Source: Octopus sinensis
Lineage: Eukaryota
Direction: 5' to 3'
DNA: 64,000 bases
Assembly: GCF_006345805.1 (NCBI RefSeq)
Contig: NW_021831843.1
Location: forward strand, 1-64,000
The stretch's first letter is position 1. Every line of letters starts with the position of its first letter. Below are positions 12,738-26,971 of this stretch, piece by piece. Under the pieces are notes generated by a model, which was not told where the DNA came from, searched no databases, and was given only the letters and a program-made list of their open reading frames with translations. The position numbers and the translations under genes were made by a program.

Positions 12738-13559
12738 AACACCATGATAATTACCACTATAATTATCGACCCGATGAATAACCTACCTCCACCTCTTCCT
12801 CTTCCTCCACCACTACTTACTACTATTCTTTCTCTTCTTCTTTTTCCTCTTCCTCTCCTTCCTCCTCAATCTCTTCTTACTACTATTCTTTCTCTTCTTC
12901 CCTTTCCTCCTCCTCCTCTTCAACCCCCTCCCCTTCTCCTCAGCATCCTCTTACTAATATTCTTTCTTTCCTTCCTTTTCCACTTCACCTTCTTCTTCTC
13001 CTGCTCCTCCTCCTCATCATCATTATCATCTTTATTAACTATCTCCGCCATCTTTATTATCACTACCATCAACTTCCATTAATTTAGAATGAAAGAAGTA
13101 TGTTTTAGTATTATATTATGTAACGTAGAATTTCAGTTCTACAAAATTTCAATTCAAGGTGCTCCCATATGTGTGTGTGTTTGAGTGTGTGTGTATGTAT
13201 GTGTGTGTATGTATGTGTGTGCATGTGCATGCATGGGTGTATGTCTGCGTGGGTGTATAAAAGGGTAGTATAAAATACAGATTCAGAGAATCGTGACGCT
13301 ATCACAGTAAACTGTGCTTAAATAAATCAATATTCACCCCTACCACACACACATACACACACACACAATGAACACAGATCACAATGAACACAGAGTACCC
13401 AGTACACAACTGGTATTCATTTTACCAAGCCTGAACACATGAAAGGTGAAGCAGGCCTCCGTGCAGTGTGAACATGAGCGTAAACCGTGAAGAAATGCCG
13501 ATCAGGAATCTCGCTTGCTAAAGTTTCTTACCAAAAGCAACAACAACAGCAAAAATAGT

Positions 13560-13758
13560 GGGTTTCCAATTTAAACACAAGGCCAGCAATTTTGGAGGTG
13601 GAGGCAAGTCTATTACATCGACCCGGTGTTAAACAAGTACATATTTTATCGATCCCCAAATTCGTCCCCACTGACATTGGAACACAAAATGTAAAGACGG
13701 ACGAAAAGCCGCAAAGCATTTGGTCCCGGCATGATAGCGTTTCTGCCAGCTCATCGCC
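13560..13758 (-). mobile_element. SINE family A
   Basis: CACAAGGCCAGCAATTTT tail, ATTACATCGACCC core, TTTCTGCCAGCTCATCGCC head. Confidence 0.8.
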
Positions 13759-13819
13759 AAATACTAATAATAATAATAATAATAATAATAGTAATAGTAA
13801 TATTAATAATAACAATAAT

Positions 13820-14025
13820 AATCCTTTCTATTATAGACACAAGACATGAAATTTGGAGGAAAGGCCATAGTCGATTACATCAACCCCAGTGCTTCACTGG
13901 TACTTATTTCATCGCCCCCGAAAGGATAAAAAGCAAAATCGACCTCAGCAGAATTTAAGCTCAGAACGTAAGGACGGATGAAACGCCGCCAAGCATTGTA
14001 TCCGGGAGTAATAACAATTCTCCCA
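13820..14025 (-). mobile_element. SINE family A
   Basis: ATCCTTTCTATTATAGACACAAG tail next to a TAA array; CCCCGAAAGGATAAAAAGCAAAATCGACCTC core. Confidence 0.8.
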
Positions 14026-14074
14026 TATCAACGGCTGAATAATAATAATTATAATAATAATAATAATAATAATA

Positions 14075-14128
<54 letters not shown>

Positions 14129-14136
14129 TAATAATA

Positions 14137-14311
14137 ACCTGCAAGGTCATGTGCTGTTTATCTTGATATGAGATCACCACGTCGCGCACATATGGTTGTG
14201 ATGCATGTGCCTGGTGTACCTTTATCAGACGGGTAGTCATGATGGGTATATTGGGCTTCGTATATTTTACCCCAGTGTCACTTTGATGGCATGCACTGCT
14301 CTCTCACTCAA
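14137..14311 (+). mobile_element. Second, shorter 5'-truncated copy of the TAA-embedded non-LTR 3' end
   Basis: Matches ~989-1165 (ACCTGCAAG.TCATGTGCTGTTTATCTTGATAT...GTGTCACTTTGATGGCATGCAC); TAA arrays on both sides. Confidence 0.75.
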
Positions 14312-14322
14312 TAATAATAATA

Positions 14323-14372
<50 letters not shown>

Positions 14373-14753
14373 AGTATCATCATCATCATCATCATCATCA
14401 TCAATATCACAATTATTTTCTTTCCCTATTTCTATTTCGTTATTGACCAAATTATTTGTTGTTGCTTTTGTTTTTTTTAGCAGTTTTTTTCCTTCCTCAA
14501 TCTCAAAGATTAATGAAATACTTGAATAAGTGAATGGGGAGGAACCGTAATCGGGATGAAAGTGAGAAATAGAGAGAGAGAGAGAGAGAGTAGTAAGATA
14601 ATGAGAGAATGCACGAGAAATTGTATGAGTGAGAGAAAGGGAGAGAGACAGAGACAAAAGCAGAGTGACAGAGAGGAAAGGATGGAACCTGAACCGATGG
14701 ATGAGAGACAGACACGATAAGAAGGGGAATGCTTTAAAAATTAAAAGTAATGA

Positions 14754-14797
<44 letters not shown>

Positions 14798-14814
14798 AAA
14801 AGACTGAGAAGGAA

Positions 14815-14848
<34 letters not shown>

Positions 14849-14989
14849 AGGAGAAGACTTGCCGTGTAATTAAACAACAATACAAAGAAGCTGTTATTTG
14901 ATGATTTGGAAGGTGGGTGGATGTGGTGGAGAGAGAGAGGAAATACCGCCAAAAACAACAACACTCAATAACAGCGAACAAACTACAAC

Positions 14990-15017
14990 TACTGATATAA
15001 CAACAATAATAGTAATA

Positions 15018-15070
<53 letters not shown>

Positions 15071-15877
15071 TATAATGATAATAATGATAATAATAATAAT
15101 AATAATAATAATAATATTAATAATGATGATGATGATGATGATAATAGTAACAATAATGATAATAATAATGATGATGATGATGATGATAATAATAATAATA
15201 ATAATAATACCACTACTACTACTACTACTAATATTAATAATACTACTAATAATAATAATGCTGATGATGATAACGATGATAATGGTGACCATGCTGATCA
15301 TGATCATGATGTTGATGATGATGTGGATGACGATGATGATGATGATGAGGGTCATGGTAATGATGGCGATCCAAAGAATCATAATAATAATAGTTAAGTA
15401 ATCAGTACTGCAAGTTTTCTAAGATACGTTTGCCGTCCTTGATGGTAGTTTTCCTCATCTTTCTCCTCACCCCTCCACTTCCTCCTCTCCATCGTCTTCA
15501 TCACCATAATTATAGGATTTTTGGGGTTTTTTTTTGGGGGGGGGGAACTCATTATTATTATCGCTATTATTAGTAGTATTATTAACATTACTATGACTAT
15601 TGTTATTATCATTATTATTATTATTACTACCATTGTTGTTATTTCTATTAATATTGTTATTACCATTATTATTATCGTTTTTTTAATACTATTTCCATTG
15701 TTATTACTGTTACTGTTGTTCTTGTAATTGTTGCTGTTGTTGTTATCATCATCATCATCATCATCATCACCATCATCATCATCATTATTATTATATTATT
15801 ATTATTATTATTATCATTATTATTATTGTTATCATTATTATTATTATATTGTTATCATTATTATTATTATTGTTATC

Positions 15878-15928
<51 letters not shown>

Positions 15929-15947
15929 TTATTATTATTAATAATAA

Positions 15948-15978
<31 letters not shown>

Positions 15979-15980
15979 AT
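14990..15980. repeat. ~1-kb compound trinucleotide field: (AAT/GAT)n then oppositely oriented (ATT/CAT)n
   Basis: Directly visible; triplet polarity flips between ~15395 and ~15550 and again at ~15940. Confidence 0.9.
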
Positions 15981-16129
15981 GACTGTTATTAATACTGCTA
16001 TCATTAATGTTATTATTTGTGATGCCGTTGTTAATTTTCCGGGCTTTTTTTTCCGAGGCCTTTTGTGAAGGATCAAACTAAATTATATTTTGACTGCAGG
16101 AACAATGTTCAACTTGACAAAGCACACAG

Positions 16130-16170
<41 letters not shown>

Positions 16171-16761
16171 TTCTATTATACTTCTATATTATTATGAGCA
16201 CATATAAAATAATACACACACACACATATATATAGATATATATGTATATATATGTATATATATATATATATATTATATATATATATATATAATATATATA
16301 TATAATATATATATATATGTACGTACATATACGTACATATATATCTATATATACATACATATATAGATTTATCTATTTATTGTTGTTGTTTTTGATTCGG
16401 ATAATTGGAATAAATATTAAGGAAAAAATCGAAAAGGAAAGAAAAAATATAGTTGAAATTAATCAGAATCAATAAGAACTCAAGTTAAAATAAAATGAAA
16501 TAAAAGGAAAACAAACGAAGAAACAAACAACGAGAAAGCAATTAAATTATTAATTAAATAAGTAATATCATTAAAAATGCATGAATTTTAATTTATTTAT
16601 TGCTTTCTTTTTTTTTCGTCCTATTTGTCGTTTACACACAAACGTGCACGCACTCTCACACACAGAGACAGATACGCACATATTCAGATTTAGACACGTT
16701 TGCACATATAGGTAGACTCTTACATATTACATATACATATACGTATATACACCTTTCTGTA

Positions 16762-16807
<46 letters not shown>

Positions 16808-16914
16808 TTCTCTGGTCAATTTTACAGCATTCTTACCGTCACCTCATCTCTTCTACATAAGGCAAGTCTTGTCGACACAGACCACGGCAATTTTCTCTGA
16901 ATTCATAGATGTAT

Positions 16915-16960
<46 letters not shown>

Positions 16961-19084
16961 GTGCACACCTTTATATATATCAGTAAGAGAGAAAAGAATA
17001 AATCTACCCTAACTACCTCAAGACCCACCCTTACCACTAGTATTGCTATTACGACAGAAAAAAATATAGTAAAAATAATAATAAACTAGGAAACCCGGAT
17101 CGTCAATAATTTAGTTAATATATTGATTGAAATCGGGTTATAATCAATGACTTCGGCATTGGAGGCGGAGGGGGAATATCACGTGATCACTAAACTCATA
17201 CTAAAAAATGAATTATATAAAATGATGAAATAATAAAATAAAACAGAAGTGAGGAACAAGATTCATTCCCGCCACCCACTCCCATCCGTTTTAATTAGTG
17301 CATATTTTCCCATCTATTTCTCAATCTTGCCAATTAAAAGGAAGCACAGAAGAAAAATCTAGAGGCTTGCATATTTTTGTGGTTTGTTTTTGTATTTTTA
17401 ACCGTAATGTTTTAATTTATTATTAATTTTATTTGTTATTATTTTGTATTTTTACTTGTTAGTGTTGGGTTTTGTGTTTGGGTGTTTTTTTTTTTTTTAA
17501 ACTCTATTCAGACTTCATACGATTTTCTGTGATTTTCTGTGTCAGAGATTTCGTTGATTTGAAATCTCGTTGATAATCTTGACAGCCTCCACAGCCAGAG
17601 ACATCCATCATAAAAATTTGATGTCTAAGGAACTTCCAAAGAAGAGTTATTTATTTATTTATTTATATATTTGTTTATATTTTATACTCTATTATTATAA
17701 TCTTAAGGCATTTTGGTACAGAAGAGTGTCTTTTCACTGTTCAAAATTTTCAAACATGTTAAATTCTGGTAAGTGCAAGTCGCATCATTTCCAAAAGATC
17801 GCATCTCATAATACACAGTCAGATATAATGCTCTTGCTTACTTGTCATTGATGTTAAAACCTTTCCCCACCTGCCAGATCAAAATTATGCACTGAATCGA
17901 TAATCACAATACTGAGAATATATTTTTAACGATACCGGAACGATGGAATCTAAAGTTGGCAACTCGTGAAATTTGAGCTTAGAGCATCAAGGGACGTAAC
18001 TACATTTTAGTATTTTAGTATTTCCTCCGACATTATTCTCATTTGTTTATCTACATTGTAGAAGAATTTTCCGTGGAATCAATGCGCTGTATTACCCTAG
18101 AATTCCAGAAGGAGTGAAGTCCTTTCATCTTTTGTCATGAATTTATTTCCGATTGACAATATAGATGTTGATCCTTCGTCGTTCGACGATGAAGAATCAG
18201 TTGTTTGCGACTGAGTATTCTACAGACACGTGTACTCGTAACCAAATTCTAATGCAGAATCAGCGTGACGCAGTGTGTGACAAGGTTCTGTTTTTTTGAA
18301 TTACAGGTACATTCAACCGAACTGGCTTCCATGCAATTTTTATCAAACCGAATTGACTTACAAGGTCTGGGTGGAAAAGAGAATATAACTCATGACATTT
18401 AGCTGGATATCTAGGAAAATACAATTAATTTAGTGAGTTCTACTTTGTTATCGCTTATCCAACTTTACTCACGAATATTGATTTGGATTGAGGCTATAGT
18501 AAATATTTGCTTAGAGTATTTTGAGAGAAATCCAGAGAGAAGGAGAGGGAAAGAAAAAGCCACAGAGATATAGACAGTAAATGATGGTAGGACTAGTGTT
18601 GGTTGGGTTGATGTCTACTTCTTGTTTCTCGTTGCTGCGTCTTTTTTGATGGTAATAATGTTAAGAATGATGGCGGCAACGGCAAAATTTGAGGATAAAT
18701 ACTTGCACTAAGGCGCATGCGTTATATCAAATAGAGGGAAAATATTTTGTTGTCACCTGCTTACTACGAACTAACATCACCACTTCCATTAACTAACAGC
18801 CTACAACAAAACACTACAGTTATTAGAATATGTGTATATGTGTGTGTGTGCGCATGTGTGCTTGTAAGATTATATGTATTGAGATAAAGGTATTTCTTTC
18901 GTTCTTCTTTATCTTGTTTCTTTCATATTATCATGTGAACTAACAGTTTCACAACTACATTTTCCGTTTTCCTCCCTCTCTCTTTCTTGCCAGGTATTTG
19001 CCAACATTCCCACCATAACGACAACCTCAGTTTTCAGTATTTACACATAGTTTTATTTATCATAATTCCGCCATAAGGAGACTT

Positions 19085-19445
19085 AGAAGTTCGCTTCGAA
19101 ACCACATGGCTTCGGGTTCAATATCATTGTGCAACATCTTCGGCAACTGTAACCCTGAGCCGACGAAATACTTTAAAGTTCGGCAGACGGAAACTGTGTG
19201 AAACCCCTTCGTATATATATATATATATATATTTGTGTGCGTGTTTCCTTTGTTACCTCATCGCTTGTCAATTGGTGCTGTTTTGTTTATGCTCTCCCAC
19301 CACCCATAATATCGATGTGGCAGAAGCCACAGATAGAACAGGTACCAGTCTTGAAATATAAGTATTGATATCGATTTGTTCTACGAAACCCTTCAAGGCA
19401 GTGACCCAATATGACCGCAATCCATTGACAGAAACAGACGAAAAA
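19085..19445 (+). mobile_element. tRNA-derived SINE family B (CORE-like), degenerate
   Basis: AACCACATGGCTTCGGGTTCAAT head, AGACGGAAACTG, internal (TA)n/(TG)n, TTCAAGGCAGTGACCCAATATGACCGCA tail. Confidence 0.7.
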
Positions 19446-20189
19446 AAAAAAAAAAAAAACGAAACATAAAGAAGTACATATTAATACTTCTATAAGTCTG
19501 CTATCATGTTCTTAATTCCTGTTTTTCAGATTGAATCAATGACAACATGGATGACTATCGTTGAAGCATCCCATGTCGAAGAATGTCTACAGTTCACTGG
19601 CTAAATCATCATATTCTTCAATATTTTTTGCATGCATATCAGATATGATGAAAACTAGTAAAAATAAAGAACATAGTAATATATCTAAAACATGGAAGAT
19701 CAAATATATCGCGATAAAAATCGTAACAATAGGAAAAGGGAAGTAAAACAGCGAATAATAATACAAGTTCAATCCAGTATAATCCGGAGGTGAAATATGT
19801 GTCAGCACTGTAATATTTCGAAAAAATATTCCAGAAAAAATATGGGTATATTGTAAGGAATTTCACGCTTTAAAGAAGAAACGAGCAGAGTTTAATGCTT
19901 AGTGTAGTTCTTCTCGTATTATAAGGAGAAGGGTGAAGTGGATTCTATTCTATGGACATTTAATGCGGCCATTCTAATTTCCCAAACTAGCAACTAAATC
20001 TTCTAAATTAACATCTGTCTTTATAAATTGTATATGTACAATTTGGATGGTTAAATTCTACTCTATTTTTCCTATTACCAAGCATACACACACATATATA
20101 TGTATATACATATATACATATATATATACATACATACATATGCGTACTTATGCATACATATACATATATATGCATATATATATATATAT

Positions 20190-20266
20190 ATATAAATGTG
20201 TGTGTGTATGCATGAATATATATTTATATATGTATATATATATGCATATATAATCTCTCTCACATA

Positions 20267-20298
<32 letters not shown>

Positions 20299-20842
20299 GA
20301 AATACACACTCACACACAAACACATGCATGTTTTTTACTATTCATTTTCATTGCTTCAGCAAGAGGCCACGGTCAAAATGGAAGCCGTTATTCTATGTAC
20401 GTACGTATATAAGACGAGCGACGCATTTGCAAAATATTAAACTTGACAACATACGGTATATGCACACATGTCTGTGATATACTCACAAACATGACTATAA
20501 ATTCGTCCAGTAGGAATTAAATTTTACCCACAGCAGTATGTCTGACAGTGATATTCATAATGCTGCAATGGTGGATCAGTGTCGCATTTCTAGTGCTTCG
20601 GGTCTGATCCAGATGACAATGCTATCGTTTCAGTAATAATGTTAACGATTTTGTTCTTAATGTTGTTGGTGAAGGAGAAGGTGGTTGTGATGAAAGTGAC
20701 AACAACGTGACAGACTTTGGTGTGTTGGTGACAGTGGTGTTTTGTATAAGCATATATATTATATATATATATAAATGTGTGTGTGTATGCATGAATATAT
20801 ATTTATATATGTATATATATATGCATATATAATCTCTCTCAC

Positions 20843-20883
<41 letters not shown>

Positions 20884-21345
20884 GAAATACACACTCACAC
20901 ACAAACACATGCATGTTTTTTACTATTCATTTTCATTGCTTCAGCAAGAGGCCACGGTCAAAATGGAAGCCGTTATTCTATGTACGTACGTATATAAGAC
21001 GAGCGACGCATTTGCAAAATATTAAACTTGACAACATACGGTATATGCACACATGTCTGTGATATACTCACAAACATGACTATAAATTCGTCCAGCAGGA
21101 ATTAAATTTTACCCACAGCAGTATGTCTGACAGTGATATTCATAATGCTGCAATGGTGGATTTGTGTCGTATTTCTAGTGCTTCGGGTCTGATCCAAATG
21201 ACAATGCTATCGTTTCAGTAATAATGTTAACGATTTTGTTCTTAATGTTGTTGGTGAAGGAGAAGGTGGTTGTGATGAAAGTGACAACAACGTGACAGAC
21301 TTTGGTGTGTTGGTGACAGTGGTGTTTTGTATAAGCATATATATC
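20190..21345. repeat. Tandem duplication of a ~580-bp unit
   Basis: AAATGTGTG at 20194 and 20773; the copies differ by about five substitutions and (CT)n length. Confidence 0.95.
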
Positions 21346-21673
21346 ATATATATATATATATATTATATATATATATATATATAGTGAGAGAGAGAAAGAG
21401 AGGGAGATGAATCTATTTTATTATTTTGTTAAAACGATATTGTACACCCTAAAACTGATAGTATTTTTGTATGCATACAAACAGATATATGTATAAGCAT
21501 ACACATATTCAGACGACACACACATAGAAATAATCACACATACATGTTTGCTTTAAGGTGGGTGTATATGTATACGGGTTAAGTTTGTGCTTCTAAGAAC
21601 ATAAGCCTTCCTTCTATGTCTATGTTTACCTATACGTATAAAAATTCACACATACACACACACATATATATAC

Positions 21674-21720
<47 letters not shown>

Positions 21721-21725
21721 GCATC

Positions 21726-21777
<52 letters not shown>

Positions 21778-22107
21778 GAGAGGCCATTGAATACTCCATC
21801 AAAGGAATTCATTAAATATACTAAGAGAGTAACAAAAACATATTTTATCTTTATTGCATTTAAAAAACAACAACCTTACCATCAAATGACGCTTTAGGTG
21901 AATCTATCATCAACGTTGCATTTATCTTCTATTCATGTTCTTTCTTTATATCTATATTTATTTCAAACCTTTCTACACTCCATAATACTTAGCACAATAG
22001 TCAACTATATAAATATAACGTGTATATATATAGATATCAATACAATATATGTGTGTCTATGTATGTGTCTATATATGTTTATGTATGCATGTATATAAGT
22101 ATGTATG

Positions 22108-22142
<35 letters not shown>

Positions 22143-22789
22143 ATGCATGAATATATATTATATATATATATATGTATATATATGCATATATATATGTGTG
22201 TCTATGTGTATATGTATATACATATGTATATATATAGAAATGAATATATATATATATATCTATATATATATGTGTATGTGTGTGTGTGTGTGTGTGTACA
22301 TAATACGTATGTATTTGTATACAAGTGTGTGTATATTTGTGTGTGCATGTATGTGTGTGCGTGCTACTGTGTGTGCATTATGCACGTCCATATGAAGTAA
22401 ATTGAACGCGTAAACGTATCATTCGAAAAAGATAACAACGTCAACATCATGAATAATAACAGAGCTATCTGTAGCTACCGCTGCTGCCGTTGCTGCTGCA
22501 GCTGCTGCTGGTGATCAGGGAGAAGATGCTGATTGCGGTGGTGGTGGTGATTATAACAATGATGATGCCTACGTCTACGATGACAACGATGTCGATGATT
22601 GTAATATTTGCACAAAATGCATCGTCGTGTTTGTTCGCGTTTTTATGAATTGAAATCTCTCTACCTAAGCCTTTCACTACCCAACATTTCATAGTTCATT
22701 TCTGGATTGAGATATTAACTCCCCAAGTCAGAGTATTTGATTGGTGAATCCATTCATTAGAGAGCTGTAGGATATGCGTTACGCTCTTC

Positions 22790-23146
22790 ACTAATCGTAG
22801 TCTTCTTTTGAGCAGATCCTTTTCATGTGATCCCTCTCCAGTACACCCCATACGATCCGAAAGGGCACTTACCATTCTCTACGGCTGTTAGTTAAACTGC
22901 TGGAATGACGGCTTTCCAGCACTAACCTTGATTGCAGTACTTGAGTGTTTTCCCGTTGCCTTCTCCACATAAATGGAATCTTAACCCAGAATGTAGAGAG
23001 CCAGGATTATGATACTCCCCCACCCACTAGGGCAAAATAAAAGAAGGTGTTTTGCTCAAGAACACATCACGTCTGGCCCCTTAATCGGACCTTCAATCTA
23101 GCAATCCTGAGTGCAACATCCTAACCACTAAGGCACGTGTCTTCAT
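22790..23146 (-). mobile_element. tRNA-derived SINE family C with RTE-like segment
   Basis: Minus strand: CCTTAGTGGTTAGGATGTTGCACTC head, GTGTTCTTGAGCAAAACAC core, GGAGAAGGCAACGGGAAAACACTC resembling the RTE/BovA motif GGAGAAGGGAATGGCAAACCACTC. Confidence 0.6.
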
Positions 23147-23997
23147 ATGTAAATCGACGATTGTTTCCTTTCTGTCCACCTTCTACTACTGGCCTCTTTG
23201 TAGCTGAACACCTGACATTTGGAGCGATGATAACCATGTTAGGCTTCTAATGTCCCGACCCTGCACAAACCTGGATAAATACATAACCAGAGAAAGCAAG
23301 CACGCTATGAAGGTATTCCGGAATAGAATAGATTAAGTAGACCAGCACGTGGAACAATGTTCAGTATTAGACACGTGTCTTTAAATTCTGAACTAATTGC
23401 TGATATGGTCTACTTTGAATTATAGACCTTAATCTTTTGTTTTCTTTATTAAAGATCTTTCCCAAGAAGGCTTGAAGGTAGTGTGGCGTAAGAACCAATA
23501 GAGAATTAAAGCAAGTGCCGACTAATTCAAAAGTTTTCGATGGACAGAAAGCTTAAAGGACAGAAGATAAAAGACAATGGTGAGGAGATTCAGATAACTG
23601 TAATTCGAGAAAAGAAGCTATTAGAATAAAAGGGAACTCAACGGGTAACATGTTCACATGTCTTGATCGAGGGCAATAGATCAGAATGTCCACAGGAGCA
23701 CTGAGTATTGAAATACTTATAGAAGAGGTTCGACAAATATACATTTCGAAGGTGAGCCAAAGATTCGAACGCAATAGAAACCAAAGAACATCTTCCTATA
23801 AACAACTCAATTCTGAATTGAGTGAAGCAAGATAAGAATCTTGCACGAGGCATCAGTCCAAAGATGACAACAATAATTATTGCAAATTTGATTGGTGGCC
23901 TTCTACAGAAGAGAAGATACTCTCTGGCGTAAGAAATTTGCGAACACAGAAGAGAGATCCACCATTTTGGACAACCGATGTAGCAATGGATTGAATA

Positions 23998-24107
23998 CTG
24001 TAAATCCTCGAGTATAATCCGCATTTTTTCCCAAAATTTAAGGTTTAGCTTTTTCAGAGGTACATCCTCCTAAAAATCCCCTGCGTATTATACTCGAGGA
24101 TTTACGG
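23998..24107. mobile_element. 110-bp MITE, Tc1/mariner superfamily (Tc2/pogo-like CCGTA termini)
   Basis: 26-bp TIRs CTGTAAATCCTCGAGTATAATCCGCA / TGCGTATTATACTCGAGGATTTACGG (2 mismatches), TA on both sides. Confidence 0.85.
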
Positions 24108-24730
24108 TATTTGTTCCGAGAGATCTAGGGTTAAAGTCAAGCAATATGTCAGATACTGTAGCTGATTTCATACACCGATCCAGCCTTATTACCCACTTGG
24201 TCGTGCGAAGGAATATTTACGTTGCCATTCAATAATGTAGTAAGAGTAATCTTAACTCATTTTGATCCCAACAGTGCAACATATTCGTTGTATCAAATAC
24301 AACGTCTTAAAAGCAAACCTATAAAGCAGAAACGTTCCTAATACTGATGAAGTATACATTTTGTTAGTGTTAAATTCAAATTATCATTCCCACTCTAATG
24401 CTTTTAATATCATCCATACAGACCATTCATTTGCTTTCGGTGCGCACTATTCCTGGTGCATGTGTGTGTGTGTGTGTTACATGCAATGATGTATATACCA
24501 TATATATACCTAAGTATGTATGTCTATGCAGTCTACCGCATAAATAGCAACTCCGGTATCAACAGGACTGGATATTTTATCCGCCATATGAGGAATAATT
24601 ATTGAGGAATTTACATAAATGTATGAGCTTGGCTATTGGAATAAGTGTGTGTTTGTGTGTGTGTGTGTGTGTGTTCTTCGTATTACGAATGTGTTTTGGC
24701 GGTTCATTTGCGTTACTTATAGTTAAGACT

Positions 24731-25137
24731 TTTATCTTTTACTTGCGGCCATGCTGGGGCACCTTCTTCAATATTTTACTCGAACAAATCGGACCCAGTA
24801 ATTATACATCTTATAATTCTCGTACTTTTTCGATCACTGACTTTTGCTGAACCACTATTTCAGGAATATGCAAACAAACCAACACCAGTTGCCTAATGGT
24901 GATGGAGAGACAAACACACGCACTAACACACAAAAAAACAGACACGCGAATACCCATACACACGCATAAATATAAGCACACACACACACACAAACATATA
25001 TAAATTCACGAGGCACTTGCTCACAGTTTCAGTTTACCAAATTCGTTCACAAGAGTTCGATCAGCCCACGGCCATACAGTAGAAGTGCCGTGTAGTTAGG
25101 CTGAATTGGAAACCATGTGGATGCAAAGCAAGCATCC
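24731..25137 (-). mobile_element. SINE family B, degenerate
   Basis: TGCGGCCATGCTGGGGCACC tail, CAGTTTCAGTTTACCAAATTC, AACCATGTGG head. Confidence 0.75.
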
Positions 25138-25739
25138 GTGTTTCATCTCGAAAGAAACGGCGAGCTAGATAAATCAGTGATTTGGACGAAATATATTCGT
25201 TGAAACGGAGAACGCTTGGGAAAATCGCGTAAAGGGAGAGATAGAAAGTAAGAAAGAAAGAAAGAAAGAAAGAGAAAGAAAAAAGAGAAAAGCGAGACAG
25301 ACAGACAGAAAGATAGGCAGATAGAGACGGAGAAGGGAAAAAAGGACTTCTTTGGCTTTGTGAAAAAGACGAGGCCGGGTTAATGTGAATGGGTAGGACA
25401 ACGGGGTGAAAGAATGATACATATTAGATATTTTAATAAAGACGGTGAGTTGAATGCTGATAGTTGCCATAAGGGTAGAGGAAATTCTGTATTTGAAGTC
25501 TGTAATATATACAGAGATACGTATGCACACAAACGTACTACAATATCCATATATAACGATACACATATACGTACGTGTAAGTAAAGTAAGCTTGTATGAA
25601 TATATACTTTATATACACACACATATATGCACGCATATACACTCAAGCACATACAGTTACACATGCATATACATATACGAATAAACACACCTAGACACGA
25701 TTACAGGTATTGATATATATATATATACTGTATGTGTGC

Positions 25740-25781
<42 letters not shown>

Positions 25782-25991
25782 TCTGCACACACACCCACAC
25801 ATACATATATATATATGTTTATGTGTATACGCATAGACCCCTTTCTTACTTTTCGCAGACATATATGTATATATGTATATATAGGCATATATATGTGTGT
25901 GTGTATATATATATATATACATATATACACATATATATACGTATATATAAGTATGTATACATATATATGTATATATGTGTGTATGTATGTA

Positions 25992-26064
<73 letters not shown>

Positions 26065-26597
26065 CATACCAGAGAGAGAATGGGAGTGGGAGAATGAATG
26101 GAAGAATGAAGAAAGTGAACGAGATATAATAAGTACGGTCTAACGCCGAGATAGACGAAGTGTGAAGTGGAAAGTTGATCGATAGCTGCCGTCTTCTGCC
26201 CTAGTGAAAAGGTGAAATGGTCAAATAAGACCGCTTTTTAATCTACCTACCCTATAGATTTCCAATCCCTCTGATTAACATCAGCATATTTCTGCTGATA
26301 AATAGGAAAAATCTGAATACACGCGAGCAGACCAAACACTTGCAGACATACACACACTCACACACATATGCACAACTAGCACAATCATATCCACATACAC
26401 TCAAACACATACACAGATACATGTAGCAGACATGCATATACTCACACACAGTCATACACGCAAAATGTCTACCGTTTTATATTAAACGTAAAAATTTATC
26501 TTCACACGTCTATATATACAAACATATTTATCTCTGTGTGTGTATATGTGCGTGTATATGTGCATGTATATGTATATATGTATATATATATATATAG

Positions 26598-26644
<47 letters not shown>

Positions 26645-26939
26645 TATATATATACATATAAACATATATATATATATATATACATGTATATAGACATACA
26701 TACAAACGTATATATGTATTATATATTTATGCATATATATATATATATATATATATACATGAATATATATACATGAATATATACACACACACGCACAGAG
26801 AGAGAGAGAAGCTATTGTATGGATATATGTGTGGATATATGAGTCATGAGTCTGTGTGTATATATATACTAAGTAAGGGCATATGTTTGTCTCTGTGTGT
26901 CTGCTTGCATCCGTGTCTGTGTGTCCTTCTGTGTGTGTA

Positions 26940-26971
<32 letters not shown>

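Noticed and set aside
13085-13105. AGAATGAAAGAAGTATGT, resembling miR-1
   Set aside because: Seed mismatch and no complementary arm; no conserved miRNA recognised elsewhere by eye
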